DNA from: Eledone cirrhosa
Taxonomy: Eukaryota
DNA length: 64,000 bases
Assembly: GCA_964016885.1 (NCBI GenBank)
Contig: OZ024744.1
Location: 94,736,001 to 94,800,000, forward strand
Direction: 5' to 3'
In this document: piece after piece, positions 63,355 through 64,000 of the stretch
Layout of the letters: every line of letters begins with the position of its first letter
Position numbering within the stretch: the stretch's first letter is position 1
Made by a program: the position numbers and the translations under genes
The notes under the pieces: generated by a model
What the model saw: the letters and a program-made list of their open reading frames with translations, nothing else
The model's database searches: none
Told to the model about the DNA's origin: nothing

Positions 63355-64000
63355 GTACTATTATATTCCCTCCTATTGTATTGTATTGTAATGTCTACGC
63401 CATTTCCTATTTTATTTATTTATTTCTTCTTGTCTCCGTCTCTGCGCATGCGTTCGCGTGTGTGTATAATGTTGGGTGTGTGTGATCGCGTTTGGGTGTA
63501 TGTGTTTTTGTTTTTTTATTCTATCTTTGTTTACTAATGTGTGTTGATATGTGTTTGTTGTTATTGTACTTGTGTATCTATTTATTTATTTATTTATTTA
63601 TATTTCCCTTATGTCAGTATTGTTTGTTTGGGTATGGTTGTTGTTGTTATTCCATTCGTTTTTTCTGTTTAACTTTGGTCTTCTAAGCTCTATTTCACTT
63701 GTTTGTCTGATTTGCCCACCTTGAATCATTTCTATGTTTACATATTATTTTAATTTTTATGTTTTCTATATTACCGTCATGTCTTTGGTGTGTTCGTATA
63801 GTACTGAACCGTTTTTTAAATTTTTTAAATATTAACTATGGAGATATAAGATACAGAAGCGAAAAACCAACCAAACAGTAAGTGTGTTCCGTTATTATTT
63901 CTGGCAATATTATTACAACAATATGCCCTTCCCCAAGTATGTATATATATGTATATGTGTATATATGTGTGTATGTAGTATATATATTATATATGTATAT

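Overview
Repeat-saturated, AT-rich animal DNA. The SINE/RTE repertoire and microsatellite load suggest a coleoid cephalopod such as Octopus (inference, not a database result). No host protein-coding gene could be supported. Bases 1-23713 are a 71/74-bp satellite with higher-order structure. The rest holds two decayed RTE-clade LINEs, two R4/Dong-type RLE retrotransposon fragments in (TAA)n, tRNA-derived SINEs, a deleted DD37D (maT) Tc1/mariner element, MITEs and two minisatellites. The most interesting part is 51.1-64 kb, a cluster of Penelope-like-element (PLE) related sequence carrying minimal type I hammerhead ribozyme (HHR) motifs. It comprises a 560-bp palindrome with two opposed HHRs, a ~419-bp HHR-bearing monomer arranged in tandem and inverted (retrozyme-like), and a ~4.4-kb tandem unit with one HHR-containing PLE pLTR and two different GIY-YIG C-terminal remnants per copy. 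All structures were read by eye; family names rest on recalled motifs and need database confirmation.
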